From: a virus
Lineage: Duplodnaviria; Caudoviricetes
Direction: 5' to 3' (one strand)
Virus record (IMG/VR): IMGVR_UViG_3300020042_005214
Coordinates: 1 to 30,348 of that record
DNA length: 30,348 nt
The notes below the pieces were generated by a model. That model was not told where the DNA came from, searched no databases, and saw only the letters and a list, made by a program, of their open reading frames with translations. Of the stretch, positions 7,228-16,934 are shown one piece after another. Position 1 is the first letter of the stretch, and each line of letters starts with the position of its first letter. Both the position numbers and the translations under genes were made by a program.

Positions 7228-8715
7228 TTGATACTACGAGACTATCAGGTTGACTTGTCGACCAAAGCTTGTGACTTATTAACTAAGCACAAAATTGCCT
7301 ACCTGTCTATGCAAGTAAGAACAGGTAAGACACTAACGGCATTGAATACATGTAAGCTATACTCCGCCAAAAGTGTATTATTTGTAACAAAGAAAAAAGC
7401 TACACTAAGCGTGGTTGCTGATTATGAGCATTATAAAAATGATTTTAAATGCTTTGTAATAAACTTTGAGCAGTTGCACAATGTTACTGATCAGTACTTT
7501 GACCTGGTTATAATTGATGAGGCACATTGCACTGGTGCCTTTGCTGGTGTGTCAAAACGCACAAAAGAATTAAAGCGGTTGTGTCACAATTTGCCAATAA
7601 TTTATTTAAGTGGTACACCATCACCCGAATCTTACAGCCAATTGTACCATCAATTTTGGATTTCATCATTTAATCCATTTACACAAAAAAATTTTTATAC
7701 TTGGGCTAGAGAAGGGTTTGTAACCATCGGAACCAAATATGTATTTAATCGACAAATACATGATTATACAAATGCTAACAAGGAAGCCATTGACAAAGTA
7801 GTTGGTCATTTATTTTTGCCATATACACAACAAGAGGCAGGCTTTGAGCAGTTAGTTGATGAGCATATACACCAGGTTACCATGTCAGATAGGACATACC
7901 AAGTATGTAATAGACTACGTATTGACAAAGTTGTTACTGGTAAGAATGGTGATGTGATTGAAGCTGATACTGAAGTAAAGTTACTCAACAAACTGCATCA
8001 GCTTTATAGTGGTACTGTTATATTTGATGTGGCTATGTGTGATGAGCAAGATTCAGCCATTACTGATGACAGCAAAGTAAATTACATCTTTAAAACGTTT
8101 GAAGGCTTAAAATTTGCAATCTTTTATAAGTTTAAAGCAGAACGTACAGCAATTATATTAGGGGCCCAAAAAAGAGGTTTAAAAGTGACAGAATCACCGG
8201 AAGAATTCCAAGCTAATGAAAATATAATATTTATATCTCAGTTTGTAAGTGGTCGCGAAGGTGTAAACCTATCTACTGCCGACTGCCTGGTGTGTTACAA
8301 CATTGATTTTTCTGCAGTTACTTATTTTCAAGTACGAGCAAGGCTACAGTCTAAGGATAGAGTTGATCTTGCTAAAGTACATTGGATTTTTGCTAAAGAC
8401 GGAATTGAAGAGCGTATTTATAAAGCTGTCTGCAATAAGAAAAATTATACTACATCTTACTTTATTGAGGAAGAGAAAACATTACCAGTGCAGTTAGAAC
8501 AGCCAAAACAATTTACTAACGTAGCACGTAACGAAGTGCAGATTCAAGTCTATAAAAAAATGGCTTTGAATAGTTTAAAAAAATATCCTAATTTCACTAT
8601 TCCACAAATTGAAAACTATTTATGGTGCTGGTGCAATGATATGAAAGATAATCTTATCAGTGCTGGTATTGATTCCCAATCATTTTTAAAACTACTTATA
8701 AATGCAAAAAATTAA
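7228..8715 (+). CDS. Superfamily 2 (SNF2/DEAD-like) helicase
   Basis: LRDYQ Q-motif, RTGKT, IIDEAH, LSGTP, GREGVNL, QVRARL. Confidence 0.92.
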   Translation: MILRDYQVDLSTKACDLLTKHKIAYLSMQVRTGKTLTALNTCKLYSAKSVLFVTKKKATLSVVADYEHYKNDFKCFVINFEQLHNVTDQYFDLVIIDEAHCTGAFAGVSKRTKELKRLCHNLPIIYLSGTPSPESYSQLYHQFWISSFNPFTQKNFYTWAREGFVTIGTKYVFNRQIHDYTNANKEAIDKVVGHLFLPYTQQEAGFEQLVDEHIHQVTMSDRTYQVCNRLRIDKVVTGKNGDVIEADTEVKLLNKLHQLYSGTVIFDVAMCDEQDSAITDDSKVNYIFKTFEGLKFAIFYKFKAERTAIILGAQKRGLKVTESPEEFQANENIIFISQFVSGREGVNLSTADCLVCYNIDFSAVTYFQVRARLQSKDRVDLAKVHWIFAKDGIEERIYKAVCNKKNYTTSYFIEEEKTLPVQLEQPKQFTNVARNEVQIQVYKKMALNSLKKYPNFTIPQIENYLWCWCNDMKDNLISAGIDSQSFLKLLINAKN

Positions 8716-9742
8716 TTTAACACATGGATCACTATTTTCAGGAATTGGTGGTTTTGATTTAGCATCTGAATGGATGGGATGGAAAAATTTATTTCATTGT
8801 GAATGGAATGAATTTGGTCAAAAAGTTTTAAAATATTACTGGCCTAATGCTGAATTATTTATTGACATAAAAAAATCAAACTTTACAAAATATGCAAACA
8901 AAATTGATGTTCTTACAGGAGGATTCCCCTGTCAACCTTACAGCTCAGCAGGAAAGCGACTTGGAAAAGAAGATGACCGCCACCTATGGCCTGAAATGCT
9001 TAGAGCAATTCGAGAAATTCAACCGCGCTACGTTGTGGGCGAAAACGTTCGCGGGCTTACTAATTGGAATGGGGGATTGGTATTCGACGAAGTGCAAGCT
9101 GACTTGGAAGCTGAAGGCTACGAAGTGTTACCGTTTTTACTTCCAGCTTGTGCCGTCAACGCACCGCACCGAAGAGATAGAATTTGGTTTATTGCCTACT
9201 CCATTAGCGCAACCGAGAGAGCAAACAAATTTCGAGGCTTACGATTTAAGAATGAAGAGATTAGTGGAGAAAGGACACAAACCATTTACGATGCCTTTAG
9301 ATCAGATGGCATTGAGGGGATTACTTCCAACACCAACAGCAATGGATTCAACCAATGCAACAGCAAATATGAAATCAATTCAAGTAAAAGAGGGATCGAT
9401 GCACTCAGTAACATTAACGAGAGCAATGTCAATGGGGATATTGCCGACACCACAAACAAGAGATTGGAAAGGATGCGAAGGGAGAAGAGGGGATTTGCCG
9501 AGTTACATAATAGACGAAATGAAAATAAATACTGGGAAAACTTCCCAACTGTCGCCCCAGTTTGTAATGGAGATGATGGGCTTTCCGACCGATTGGACTC
9601 TATTACCTTTCCTAAATGGCGAAACGAATCAATCAAAGCCGGAGGAAATGCAATAGTTCCACAGGTAGCATATCAAATATTTAAAGCCATTGAGGAATAT
9701 GAGAGAATCACAAATACAACATCAAATAATAAAGTGGCTTGA
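8702..9742 (+). CDS. C5 DNA cytosine methyltransferase, alpha-type chain (motifs I-VIII and X)
   Basis: SLFSGIGG (I), GGFPCQP (IV), ENV (VI), HRRDRIW (VIII), GNAIVP (X); no motif IX in this frame. Confidence 0.93.
   Translation: MQKINLTHGSLFSGIGGFDLASEWMGWKNLFHCEWNEFGQKVLKYYWPNAELFIDIKKSNFTKYANKIDVLTGGFPCQPYSSAGKRLGKEDDRHLWPEMLRAIREIQPRYVVGENVRGLTNWNGGLVFDEVQADLEAEGYEVLPFLLPACAVNAPHRRDRIWFIAYSISATERANKFRGLRFKNEEISGERTQTIYDAFRSDGIEGITSNTNSNGFNQCNSKYEINSSKRGIDALSNINESNVNGDIADTTNKRLERMRREKRGFAELHNRRNENKYWENFPTVAPVCNGDDGLSDRLDSITFPKWRNESIKAGGNAIVPQVAYQIFKAIEEYERITNTTSNNKVA
8892..9656 (+). CDS. Nested alternative-frame ORF; putative beta chain of the methyltransferase carrying motif IX
   Basis: 254 aa open in the +1 frame; three (L/I)LPTP repeats; QLSPQFVMEMMGFPTDWT resembles motif IX. 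Confidence 0.75.
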   Translation: MQTKLMFLQEDSPVNLTAQQESDLEKKMTATYGLKCLEQFEKFNRATLWAKTFAGLLIGMGDWYSTKCKLTWKLKATKCYRFYFQLVPSTHRTEEIEFGLLPTPLAQPREQTNFEAYDLRMKRLVEKGHKPFTMPLDQMALRGLLPTPTAMDSTNATANMKSIQVKEGSMHSVTLTRAMSMGILPTPQTRDWKGCEGRRGDLPSYIIDEMKINTGKTSQLSPQFVMEMMGFPTDWTLLPFLNGETNQSKPEEMQ

Positions 9743-10010
9743 AAGTCAAGGCTGGCTTGTTGTTAAAATAATTCAAACGAATAAAAATGGGTGGCCCGAT
9801 TTGCAGCTTCATGCATTCGGTGTCACCATTTTTATCGAGGTGAAATCTGAGAATGGCAAACTATCTGAGCTGCAAAAATACCGACACAAACAACTACAAG
9901 ACAAAGGATTTTTTGTAATTACATCATCATCATTAAACCATCTACAAAATGAATTTATTAAAATCAGCGAAGGACTACGTGTCAAACGGGTTATCGGTAA
10001 TCTCAACTGA
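9699..10010 (+). CDS. VRR-NUC domain nuclease (Holliday junction resolvase-like)
   Basis: MRESQIQ..I..WL, NGWPDL, FIEVK, GKLSELQ. Confidence 0.88.
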   Translation: MRESQIQHQIIKWLESQGWLVVKIIQTNKNGWPDLQLHAFGVTIFIEVKSENGKLSELQKYRHKQLQDKGFFVITSSSLNHLQNEFIKISEGLRVKRVIGNLN

Positions 10011-12306
10011 TAACACTAAACGTTCCATAGGATCATGGAAACAATACCAGTACAACCTACCTACAGAACAGCAACTTGCCACAATGTTTGCACATCCTAA
10101 AGTGCAAGGGCTTGCAATCATCTGCGGTGCTGTATCTAACAATTTAGAGGTGATAGATGTGGACTGCAAGTATGGGGTTGATTTTTCTAAATATTGTGAC
10201 AAAATACTTGATGCTGATCCTGTGTTATTTGGCAAATTATTTATCGTAAAAACTAAATCAAATGGCTACCACATTTATTTTAGATGTGAACACATAGAAG
10301 GCAATCAAAAGCTTGCAGAACGGCCGCCTAATGATGCAGAATTAAAAGCTAATCCAATGGCTAAAAGCTATGTATTAATTGAGACTCGTGGTGAAGGTGG
10401 ATATGTTTGTGCGCCACCAACTGCAGGGTACAATCCTGAACCGGGTAACAAACAAATACCAGTGTTAACCATTGATGAGCGTGATACACTAATGAGTTGT
10501 GCTAGGGAATTTAACCAGGTGATTGAATCAGTAGAACAGCCTAAAATTGCACATAATAACGATAAGCTTACCATTTGGGATGATTACAACAAAAGAGGTG
10601 ATGTACTTACATTACTAGAAAAGCACGGCTGGTCCGTCTTAAATAATGATGGTAAAAAAACTTACCTGCTAAGACCAGGCTCAACCACATCAGCTACTTC
10701 TGCAGTACTTTTTAATGATACACGTATTTTTTACCCACATACTACATCAACAAACTTTAAAAATAAAGGCTACAACCCATTTAGTGTTTACTGTATGCTA
10801 GAGGCTAATAATGATCCTAAGAAAGCTTGTAAGCAATTAGGGAACATTTACGGCGAAGTAAATACTAATGGTTGGTTTTGGTATCATAATAAAAATGGGG
10901 CTGTAATTATTGAACGTTATGCCCTGCAGGAGTGGTTACATTATAATAACTATCAGTTGTATTTTCAAAACGCAAAAAACAAAGTGTACAGGCTTATACA
11001 CGAAGAGAACAGGCAAGTAAGGGAAGTATACCCGGAATCAATAAAAAAGTTTATTAAAAAAAAACTCGTAGATGCTGGGCATATTGACGTTATGGAGCAA
11101 ATTATAAAGAATACAAACAGCATATTTAATGATGCATTCTTTGAGTACATTGACAAATCAGAAATAGAGATACTACGAGATGAAGCGCACAAATGCTATT
11201 TTCCATTTAAAAATGGCATAGTTACCATAGATAAAGGCAGTATAAATCGTATAGATTATGGCACCATCAACCAGTCTATTTGGGATTCACAAATTAATGA
11301 CTTTGACATCTATGTCAATAAAGATGCAGACATAACCGAATGCCAGTACTATAAGTTTATTGAGAAAATTAGCAATGATGAGCCTGAACGTATAAATTAT
11401 GCCATGTCTATAATTGGTTACATCTTGCATTCCTACAAAGATTCATCAAGGCCTTACGCTGTGATTTTGGCTGAGGAAACTGATGACGAGTCTAAAGGTG
11501 GTGGAACCGGTAAAGGTATTTTCTTTAAAGCCATCAGCAAATTAATTCCAACAGTTACAATGGATGGTAAAAACTTTAAGCCTGATAAGACATTTGCATT
11601 TAGCCGAGTAGAGCTTGGAACAAAGCTTGTAATCATTGAGGATTGTCCAAAAAATGTAGAATTTGAACGTTATTACCCGACCATTACCGAAGGTATGACC
11701 ATTGAAAAAAAGAATAAAGATGAAATATTTTTAAGTTTTGATGATAGCCCTAAGCTTGCATTTACTACTAATTATAGCATAGCATCAAATGCAGAACATG
11801 CTAAGCGTAGGCAAAGAGTGCTAGAGTTTGCACCATTTTTCTCATCTACTAAAACACCTGAGCAATACTTTGGCAATAAATTATTTAATGACTGGGATAA
11901 CGATGAATGGCAACGATTCTACAACTTTTTATTTAGATGTGTACAGTATTATTTTGTAAACGGAATCAAGCCGATTATGAACTCTGAAAAGCTAAATAGA
12001 AAGCAAATTAAATTACAATTTGGGGAGGATTTTCTTGACTATTTAGACACCATAATTGAGGACCATTTAGGGCAACAATTACCCATGAATGAAGAGTGGA
12101 AAAACTTCCTAAATCGGTACGAATTACAGGCAAGAGATTACAGTCTAAAAAGATTCTCAAAAGGATTACAAATAGGTTCCCAAATTTTAGATTTGGGTTA
12201 CATTGGTTACAAAAATAGACAGGATAACAACAAAAAGTACTTTAAAATAGGAAAAAATAATAATAACTACAAAGAAATTGTAACCGATGTAACCGATTTA
12301 TTCTAG
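9949..12306 (+). CDS. Bifunctional primase-polymerase fused to an SF3-like helicase
   Basis: N-terminal LEVIDVD, TKSNGYHIYF, IETRGEGGYVCAPPT; C-terminal Walker A GGGTGKG, Walker B VIIED, FTTN. Confidence 0.9.
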   Translation: MNLLKSAKDYVSNGLSVISTDNTKRSIGSWKQYQYNLPTEQQLATMFAHPKVQGLAIICGAVSNNLEVIDVDCKYGVDFSKYCDKILDADPVLFGKLFIVKTKSNGYHIYFRCEHIEGNQKLAERPPNDAELKANPMAKSYVLIETRGEGGYVCAPPTAGYNPEPGNKQIPVLTIDERDTLMSCAREFNQVIESVEQPKIAHNNDKLTIWDDYNKRGDVLTLLEKHGWSVLNNDGKKTYLLRPGSTTSATSAVLFNDTRIFYPHTTSTNFKNKGYNPFSVYCMLEANNDPKKACKQLGNIYGEVNTNGWFWYHNKNGAVIIERYALQEWLHYNNYQLYFQNAKNKVYRLIHEENRQVREVYPESIKKFIKKKLVDAGHIDVMEQIIKNTNSIFNDAFFEYIDKSEIEILRDEAHKCYFPFKNGIVTIDKGSINRIDYGTINQSIWDSQINDFDIYVNKDADITECQYYKFIEKISNDEPERINYAMSIIGYILHSYKDSSRPYAVILAEETDDESKGGGTGKGIFFKAISKLIPTVTMDGKNFKPDKTFAFSRVELGTKLVIIEDCPKNVEFERYYPTITEGMTIEKKNKDEIFLSFDDSPKLAFTTNYSIASNAEHAKRRQRVLEFAPFFSSTKTPEQYFGNKLFNDWDNDEWQRFYNFLFRCVQYYFVNGIKPIMNSEKLNRKQIKLQFGEDFLDYLDTIIEDHLGQQLPMNEEWKNFLNRYELQARDYSLKRFSKGLQIGSQILDLGYIGYKNRQDNNKKYFKIGKNNNNYKEIVTDVTDLF

Positions 12307-12477
12307 CGTGTAACCTATTTTTTATAATATTGGTTACATCCCAACGCATTGTTAATCAATTATTTAATAACTTTTGTAACCAATGTAACCTATTTTTATA
12401 ATTATTTTACTAAAGTATATAAATATATATATAAAGAGAGAATAGAAAAAATGATACAAATTGATATTTGGGTTACA
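12196..12477. repeat. Cluster of nine TGTAACC/GGTTACA repeats; putative replication origin
   Basis: TGTAACC at 12279, 12288, 12309, 12375, 12384; GGTTACA at 12196, 12205, 12332, 12471; adjacent AT-rich TATA tract. Confidence 0.8.
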
Positions 12478-12493
12478 AACTAATAAAAAAACT

Positions 12494-12820
12494 ATGCAAA
12501 AACCAACGATTTATAGAGTGTATAATTCTAACAAAATATTAGCCTACAAGGTGGCTACAACTACCAGATCAGAAGAGGAAATAATGGAACAAATTTTACC
12601 CATGTTTCAAGGCTCAAAAACTATCTATCGAATCTACAAAAATGATGAGCTTGTTTTGATACTAAACACAAAAAAAAGGGAACACACTACAAAACGCATT
12701 TTAGAGGTTAGTACTGGCACGATATTTAAAGACATATACGAGATGAGGGATGTATTGCTAATAGACCGTAAAAGAGCCTTAGAATTAGTTAAGCGGTCAT
12801 TTAATTATCGTTATGTTTAG
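12494..12820 (+). CDS. Hypothetical protein, possible NUMOD1-like DNA-binding C-terminus
   Basis: Start MQKP at 12494; KRILEVSTGTIFKDIYE; internal repeat TIYRVYN/TIYRIYK. Confidence 0.6.
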   Translation: MQKPTIYRVYNSNKILAYKVATTTRSEEEIMEQILPMFQGSKTIYRIYKNDELVLILNTKKREHTTKRILEVSTGTIFKDIYEMRDVLLIDRKRALELVKRSFNYRYV

Positions 12821-12861
12821 AATTTTTAGTAATTTTATACTGAATTAAATTATAGTTTATT

Positions 12862-13155
12862 GTGGGAAGGAAGTCAAAAGAATATGAGATTAATGTACAG
12901 AATATAGCACTAAAAGCTATAGAGGAATACTATGGCAGTATTCAGGCTGGCTTCATACAATTGCTAGGATCAGATGAACCTGCACTAATAAAGTTCTGCT
13001 GGGAGCATGGAGTAGGTAAGCCTACAGACATGATACAGATGAACGTAGAACAGGACATAAAAACAATTGAGATAATACAATTGCCCGACAATGGCCGGGA
13101 TAACTTCATAGAACCAATAGAACCAATAGACGAAATCATTGAGCCAACAGTATAA
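12862..13155 (+). CDS. Probable terminase small subunit
   Basis: Directly upstream of and overlapping the large terminase; MGRKSK...GVGKP...IQLPDNGRD. Confidence 0.65.
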   Translation: MGRKSKEYEINVQNIALKAIEEYYGSIQAGFIQLLGSDEPALIKFCWEHGVGKPTDMIQMNVEQDIKTIEIIQLPDNGRDNFIEPIEPIDEIIEPTV

Positions 13156-14656
13156 CATCAACTACATAAGACCTCAAGCAGGTTACCAAACAATTGCATT
13201 GTCAAGCGGTGCGGACATTGTTATTGGTGGTGCAGCTGCGTTTGTTGGTAAGACATTTGCTTTGCTACTTGATCCCATCAGACACATTGACATAAAAGGA
13301 TTTGGTGGTGTGATATTCCGTAGGACCAGCGTACAGATTAGAAATGAGGGTGGCTTATGGGACACCAGTACAAAGCTTTACCCAATTGTCAAAGGTGATG
13401 CAAGGGAATCATCTTTAGACTGGAAGTTTCCAAGTGGAGTAAAGATATCATTCAGGCATTTAGAGTACGAGAAAAATAAGTATGATTGGCAAGGTGCGCA
13501 GATTCCTTTCTTAGGCTTTGATGAGTTAACTCACTTTACTGAGTCTATGTTTTTTTATTTGCTATCACGTAACCGTAGTGCCTGCAGTGTGAAGCCATAT
13601 GTTAGGGCAACCTGTAACCCTGATCCTGAGAGTTGGGTGTACAAGCTGATCAGTTGGTGGATAGATGCTGAGACTGGCTTTCCAATACTAGAACGTAGAG
13701 GCAAGCTTAGATACTTCATCAAGTACGGCCATGATTACATTTGGGGTGATAGCTATGATGAGGTGTATGAGAAAGCTGAGCATATCATTAAGCCAATGAT
13801 AGATGCATCAGGTTTAACTGCTAGAGACTTCATCAAATCAATTACGTTTGTGAGTGGTAGCATATACGATAACAAAGAGGGGTTGAAGCATGATCCATCT
13901 TATCCGGGTAACTTGCTTAGTCAGGATGAGGACACCAGGCGTCAGTTGTTGGAAGGTAGATGGAAGGTCAGCAATAGCCCTAATGATATTTATGATTACG
14001 ATGCATTTGTAGGGATGTTTGAGAACATTAAAGGAGTTGATAAGACAGGTAGATACATCACAGCAGATATTGCGATGAAGGGAAGCAATAAGCTTGTTGT
14101 GGGATATTGGGAAGGCATGGAGCTGATGGACATTGAGATAATGGATAAGAGTGATGGTAAGCAAGTTATAGATTTAATTAATCGCATGGCTCAAAAGTAT
14201 TCAGTAGAAAATCGGTATATTTGTTATGACGCTGATGGTGTAGGTAGTTATGTTGATGGGTTCATTCGTGGTGCGGTTCCATTTAATGGTGGAGCATCAG
14301 CAATGAGTGTAAAGGATGAGGCAAGTGGCAGACTGATAAAGGAGAACTACATGAATCTAAAGACACAGTGCTACTATCGCACAGGCAATGCAGTGAGCAT
14401 GGGTAGGATGAAGATAAATAAGCACGTAGCTAGTAAGATGTACGATAGCACTATGACAGTCAAACAAAGATTTATGTATGAGCGTAAGGCTATCAAACGT
14501 GATAAGAGTGATTATGATGGAAAGCTAAGAATCATTGGCAAGGATGAGATGAAGATAAAGCTTAACGGAGATAGTCCCGATTTATTGGATATGTTTATGA
14601 TGAGAGAAATATTTGAGTTTAAACCTAAAATGGTGTTTGCATATGAAATGGATTGA
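13139..14656 (+). CDS. terL: Terminase large subunit
   Basis: RPQAGYQ, GGAAAFVGKT, FDELTHF, ATCNP, LLEGRW; nuclease ITADIA and SPDLLD. Confidence 0.95.
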   Translation: MSQQYNINYIRPQAGYQTIALSSGADIVIGGAAAFVGKTFALLLDPIRHIDIKGFGGVIFRRTSVQIRNEGGLWDTSTKLYPIVKGDARESSLDWKFPSGVKISFRHLEYEKNKYDWQGAQIPFLGFDELTHFTESMFFYLLSRNRSACSVKPYVRATCNPDPESWVYKLISWWIDAETGFPILERRGKLRYFIKYGHDYIWGDSYDEVYEKAEHIIKPMIDASGLTARDFIKSITFVSGSIYDNKEGLKHDPSYPGNLLSQDEDTRRQLLEGRWKVSNSPNDIYDYDAFVGMFENIKGVDKTGRYITADIAMKGSNKLVVGYWEGMELMDIEIMDKSDGKQVIDLINRMAQKYSVENRYICYDADGVGSYVDGFIRGAVPFNGGASAMSVKDEASGRLIKENYMNLKTQCYYRTGNAVSMGRMKINKHVASKMYDSTMTVKQRFMYERKAIKRDKSDYDGKLRIIGKDEMKIKLNGDSPDLLDMFMMREIFEFKPKMVFAYEMD

Positions 14657-15953
14657 CAAGTTATTTGGCAAAAAAGAAGTAAAGACTAAGGCAGTGAATA
14701 ACATGATGGGAGTGACCATCAATGCTAGTAATGCCATATTTCCAAGTTGGCAGACGATTGAGGCAATCAACCAGTACACAACAATAGATGATATTTATTC
14801 AGTAATCAGTTATTTAGCTGAGACTGCTGCAAGGATTCCATTCTATGGCTATGAGGTTGTGGATGATGTGGCAATGAAAGGTTATAAGAGACACGATTTT
14901 AAGAGCATACAAAAAAAGTACTACAAGACAAAAGCACTGCAAGACCTAGAGCAAGATGATATCTTTATGAAGATGCTGAACGGCATTAGTTATGAGGATA
15001 AGATTATGTACTACACAATCTTGTACATTACTGGTGAGTTGTTTTTGTATAAGGAAGTGTTGGAGTTAGGACCGAATGCCGGTATGGTTACACTTCATGC
15101 ATTGAATAACCAAAATGTAACGGTGTTGGTTAGTGATAGCTTTCCACAAAGAGTGGTTGGCTACAGATACTTTGATGTAGGGTTTGATGGCACGTTTAGT
15201 ACAGATGATATTATTCATGTAAAGTATTATAATCCTACCATTACCAATGGTCAGCAGTTTAGAGGCCTTAGCCCATTGCAGGTGTTGACTAAGCGTGTGA
15301 CTAGATTAGATGCTGGAATGAATGCATCTGTAGCACAAATGCAGAATGGTGGCATTCCGGGTATTGTGTTTGAGAAGTCAGACTTTGCTATTGAGACATT
15401 AGGACAGCGTAAGAATGATTTTGCTAAGTATCTAAAAAATAGCAGCAATAAAGGTGCGCCATACTTTGCAGCTGGAGAGATGGGATATTTAGAGTTGGGT
15501 TTGAAGTTAGCAGATATGGAGGTAAGTGATTTACAAAAGATAGACTTCACAAAGATTTGCAATGCGTACAAGTTCCCTGAGGTGTTACTAAACAACACAG
15601 ACAGCAGTACATACAACAATATGAATACAGCATTAAAGATGTTGTATACAAACTCAATACTGCCAAACATACATTTGTTTAGGGATGCATTAATAAGGGG
15701 TATACTTCCAATGTATACTGATGGAGTAGTAAGAACAATAGAGATAGACATCAGCGACATACCAGCAATGCAGGAGGATATGAAAACACAAGCTGAGGCA
15801 TTAAATGCAATGTGGTGGATAACACCAAATGAAAAGCGTGAGATACAAGACTTTGAGATGATAGATGAGGAAGCTATGAATCAGGTTATAATAGATTCAG
15901 GCAAACAGTTAATAACGGATTTAACCATCAGTATTGATGATTTACCTTTGTAA
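14643..15953 (+). CDS. Portal protein (HK97-like)
   Basis: DIIHVKY.NP, RGLSPL, ICNAYKFPEVLL, ITPNEKRE; likely start MKWIDKLFG. Confidence 0.93.
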   Translation: MKWIDKLFGKKEVKTKAVNNMMGVTINASNAIFPSWQTIEAINQYTTIDDIYSVISYLAETAARIPFYGYEVVDDVAMKGYKRHDFKSIQKKYYKTKALQDLEQDDIFMKMLNGISYEDKIMYYTILYITGELFLYKEVLELGPNAGMVTLHALNNQNVTVLVSDSFPQRVVGYRYFDVGFDGTFSTDDIIHVKYYNPTITNGQQFRGLSPLQVLTKRVTRLDAGMNASVAQMQNGGIPGIVFEKSDFAIETLGQRKNDFAKYLKNSSNKGAPYFAAGEMGYLELGLKLADMEVSDLQKIDFTKICNAYKFPEVLLNNTDSSTYNNMNTALKMLYTNSILPNIHLFRDALIRGILPMYTDGVVRTIEIDISDIPAMQEDMKTQAEALNAMWWITPNEKREIQDFEMIDEEAMNQVIIDSGKQLITDLTISIDDLPL

Positions 15954-15955
15954 AG

Positions 15956-16144
15956 ATGGAGAAAAGTATAGAGCAAATTACACAGATGATACACAGTAAA
16001 GTCTCATTGATGTTGATTAGTGAGTTACCAGTTCCATCGTGTCCATTAAAGAAACAACAGAGGGAATGGAAGGTAGAGCAGATAAAGAAAGCGTTAGCAA
16101 ACAAGTTAGGTTCACAAGGGTTAAGTATAACCGTTAGTCTATGA
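15956..16144 (+). CDS. Hypothetical protein
   Basis: 62-aa ORF tightly packed between portal and head morphogenesis genes. Confidence 0.6.
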   Translation: MEKSIEQITQMIHSKVSLMLISELPVPSCPLKKQQREWKVEQIKKALANKLGSQGLSITVSL

Positions 16145-16932
16145 CACAACAAGAACAAACAGCATATTTTAATAGGTGGAGTAAGTTCCAACAAAGGTAC
16201 GAGAAATTGTATGCGCCTAAGTTCCATAAAGCTTTAAAGATTCAGTTGGATGCATTTGTAAAGACACAAGACCCAATGATGTTACCAGTGTTTCCTATCT
16301 ATGATGTGTTGGTTTCATTGTATAAGACAGTTGGTCCGGCATGGGCAAGAGTAACAAGGGTTGAATCAATAAAGGCAGATGATAACTTTGTTACTGGTCA
16401 GATGGGATTTAATGAAAGGATAGTGGAGTTAATGAATCAATACTACGGAATAGATTTGTTAAACGATGCAAACCTTATGACCAACTACAGCACGGCATTT
16501 ATACAAAGGGTGTTAAGTGATGCAGCAGTAACAGGTGCCTCATTTGATGACATTGTAAAACAATTGTTGGTTAGTCCTGCATTTAATTCAATGAGAGCAA
16601 GGAGGATAGCACGAACAGAGACAGTTACTAGTGCAAATGGTGCAGCTATGATTTATGCTAATGAGAGTGGCAATGTAATGGATAAAGTATGGATAGCGGT
16701 AAAGGACAAACGTACAAGGCATGATCATAAGATGGTAGATGGTACAAGGCTACCAATTGAGACACCATTTACATTAACAAATGCAAAGCTTGGTGATATT
16801 GGTATGATGCAACCTGGTGTAAGGACACAGCCTAACGGGTTGGCAGTTCCAGCTGAGGAAGTAGTTAATTGCAGGTGTACGGTTGCGTTCAATGCTAAGC
16901 GAGATAGGAATGGCAGAATAATTAGAAGATAA
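16141..16932 (+). CDS. Head morphogenesis protein (Mu gpF/SPP1 gp7-like)
   Basis: RARRIARTET, KVWIAVKDKRTRHDH, EVVNCRCT. Confidence 0.92.
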   Translation: MTQQEQTAYFNRWSKFQQRYEKLYAPKFHKALKIQLDAFVKTQDPMMLPVFPIYDVLVSLYKTVGPAWARVTRVESIKADDNFVTGQMGFNERIVELMNQYYGIDLLNDANLMTNYSTAFIQRVLSDAAVTGASFDDIVKQLLVSPAFNSMRARRIARTETVTSANGAAMIYANESGNVMDKVWIAVKDKRTRHDHKMVDGTRLPIETPFTLTNAKLGDIGMMQPGVRTQPNGLAVPAEEVVNCRCTVAFNAKRDRNGRIIRR

Positions 16933-16934
16933 GA

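Noticed and set aside
12196-12477. CRISPR mini-array
   Set aside because: Repeats are 7-19 bp, in mixed orientation and irregularly spaced; no cas genes
13108-13134. ATAGAACCA tandem repeat
   Set aside because: A short coding duplication (IEPIEPIDE) in the low-complexity tail of the small terminase
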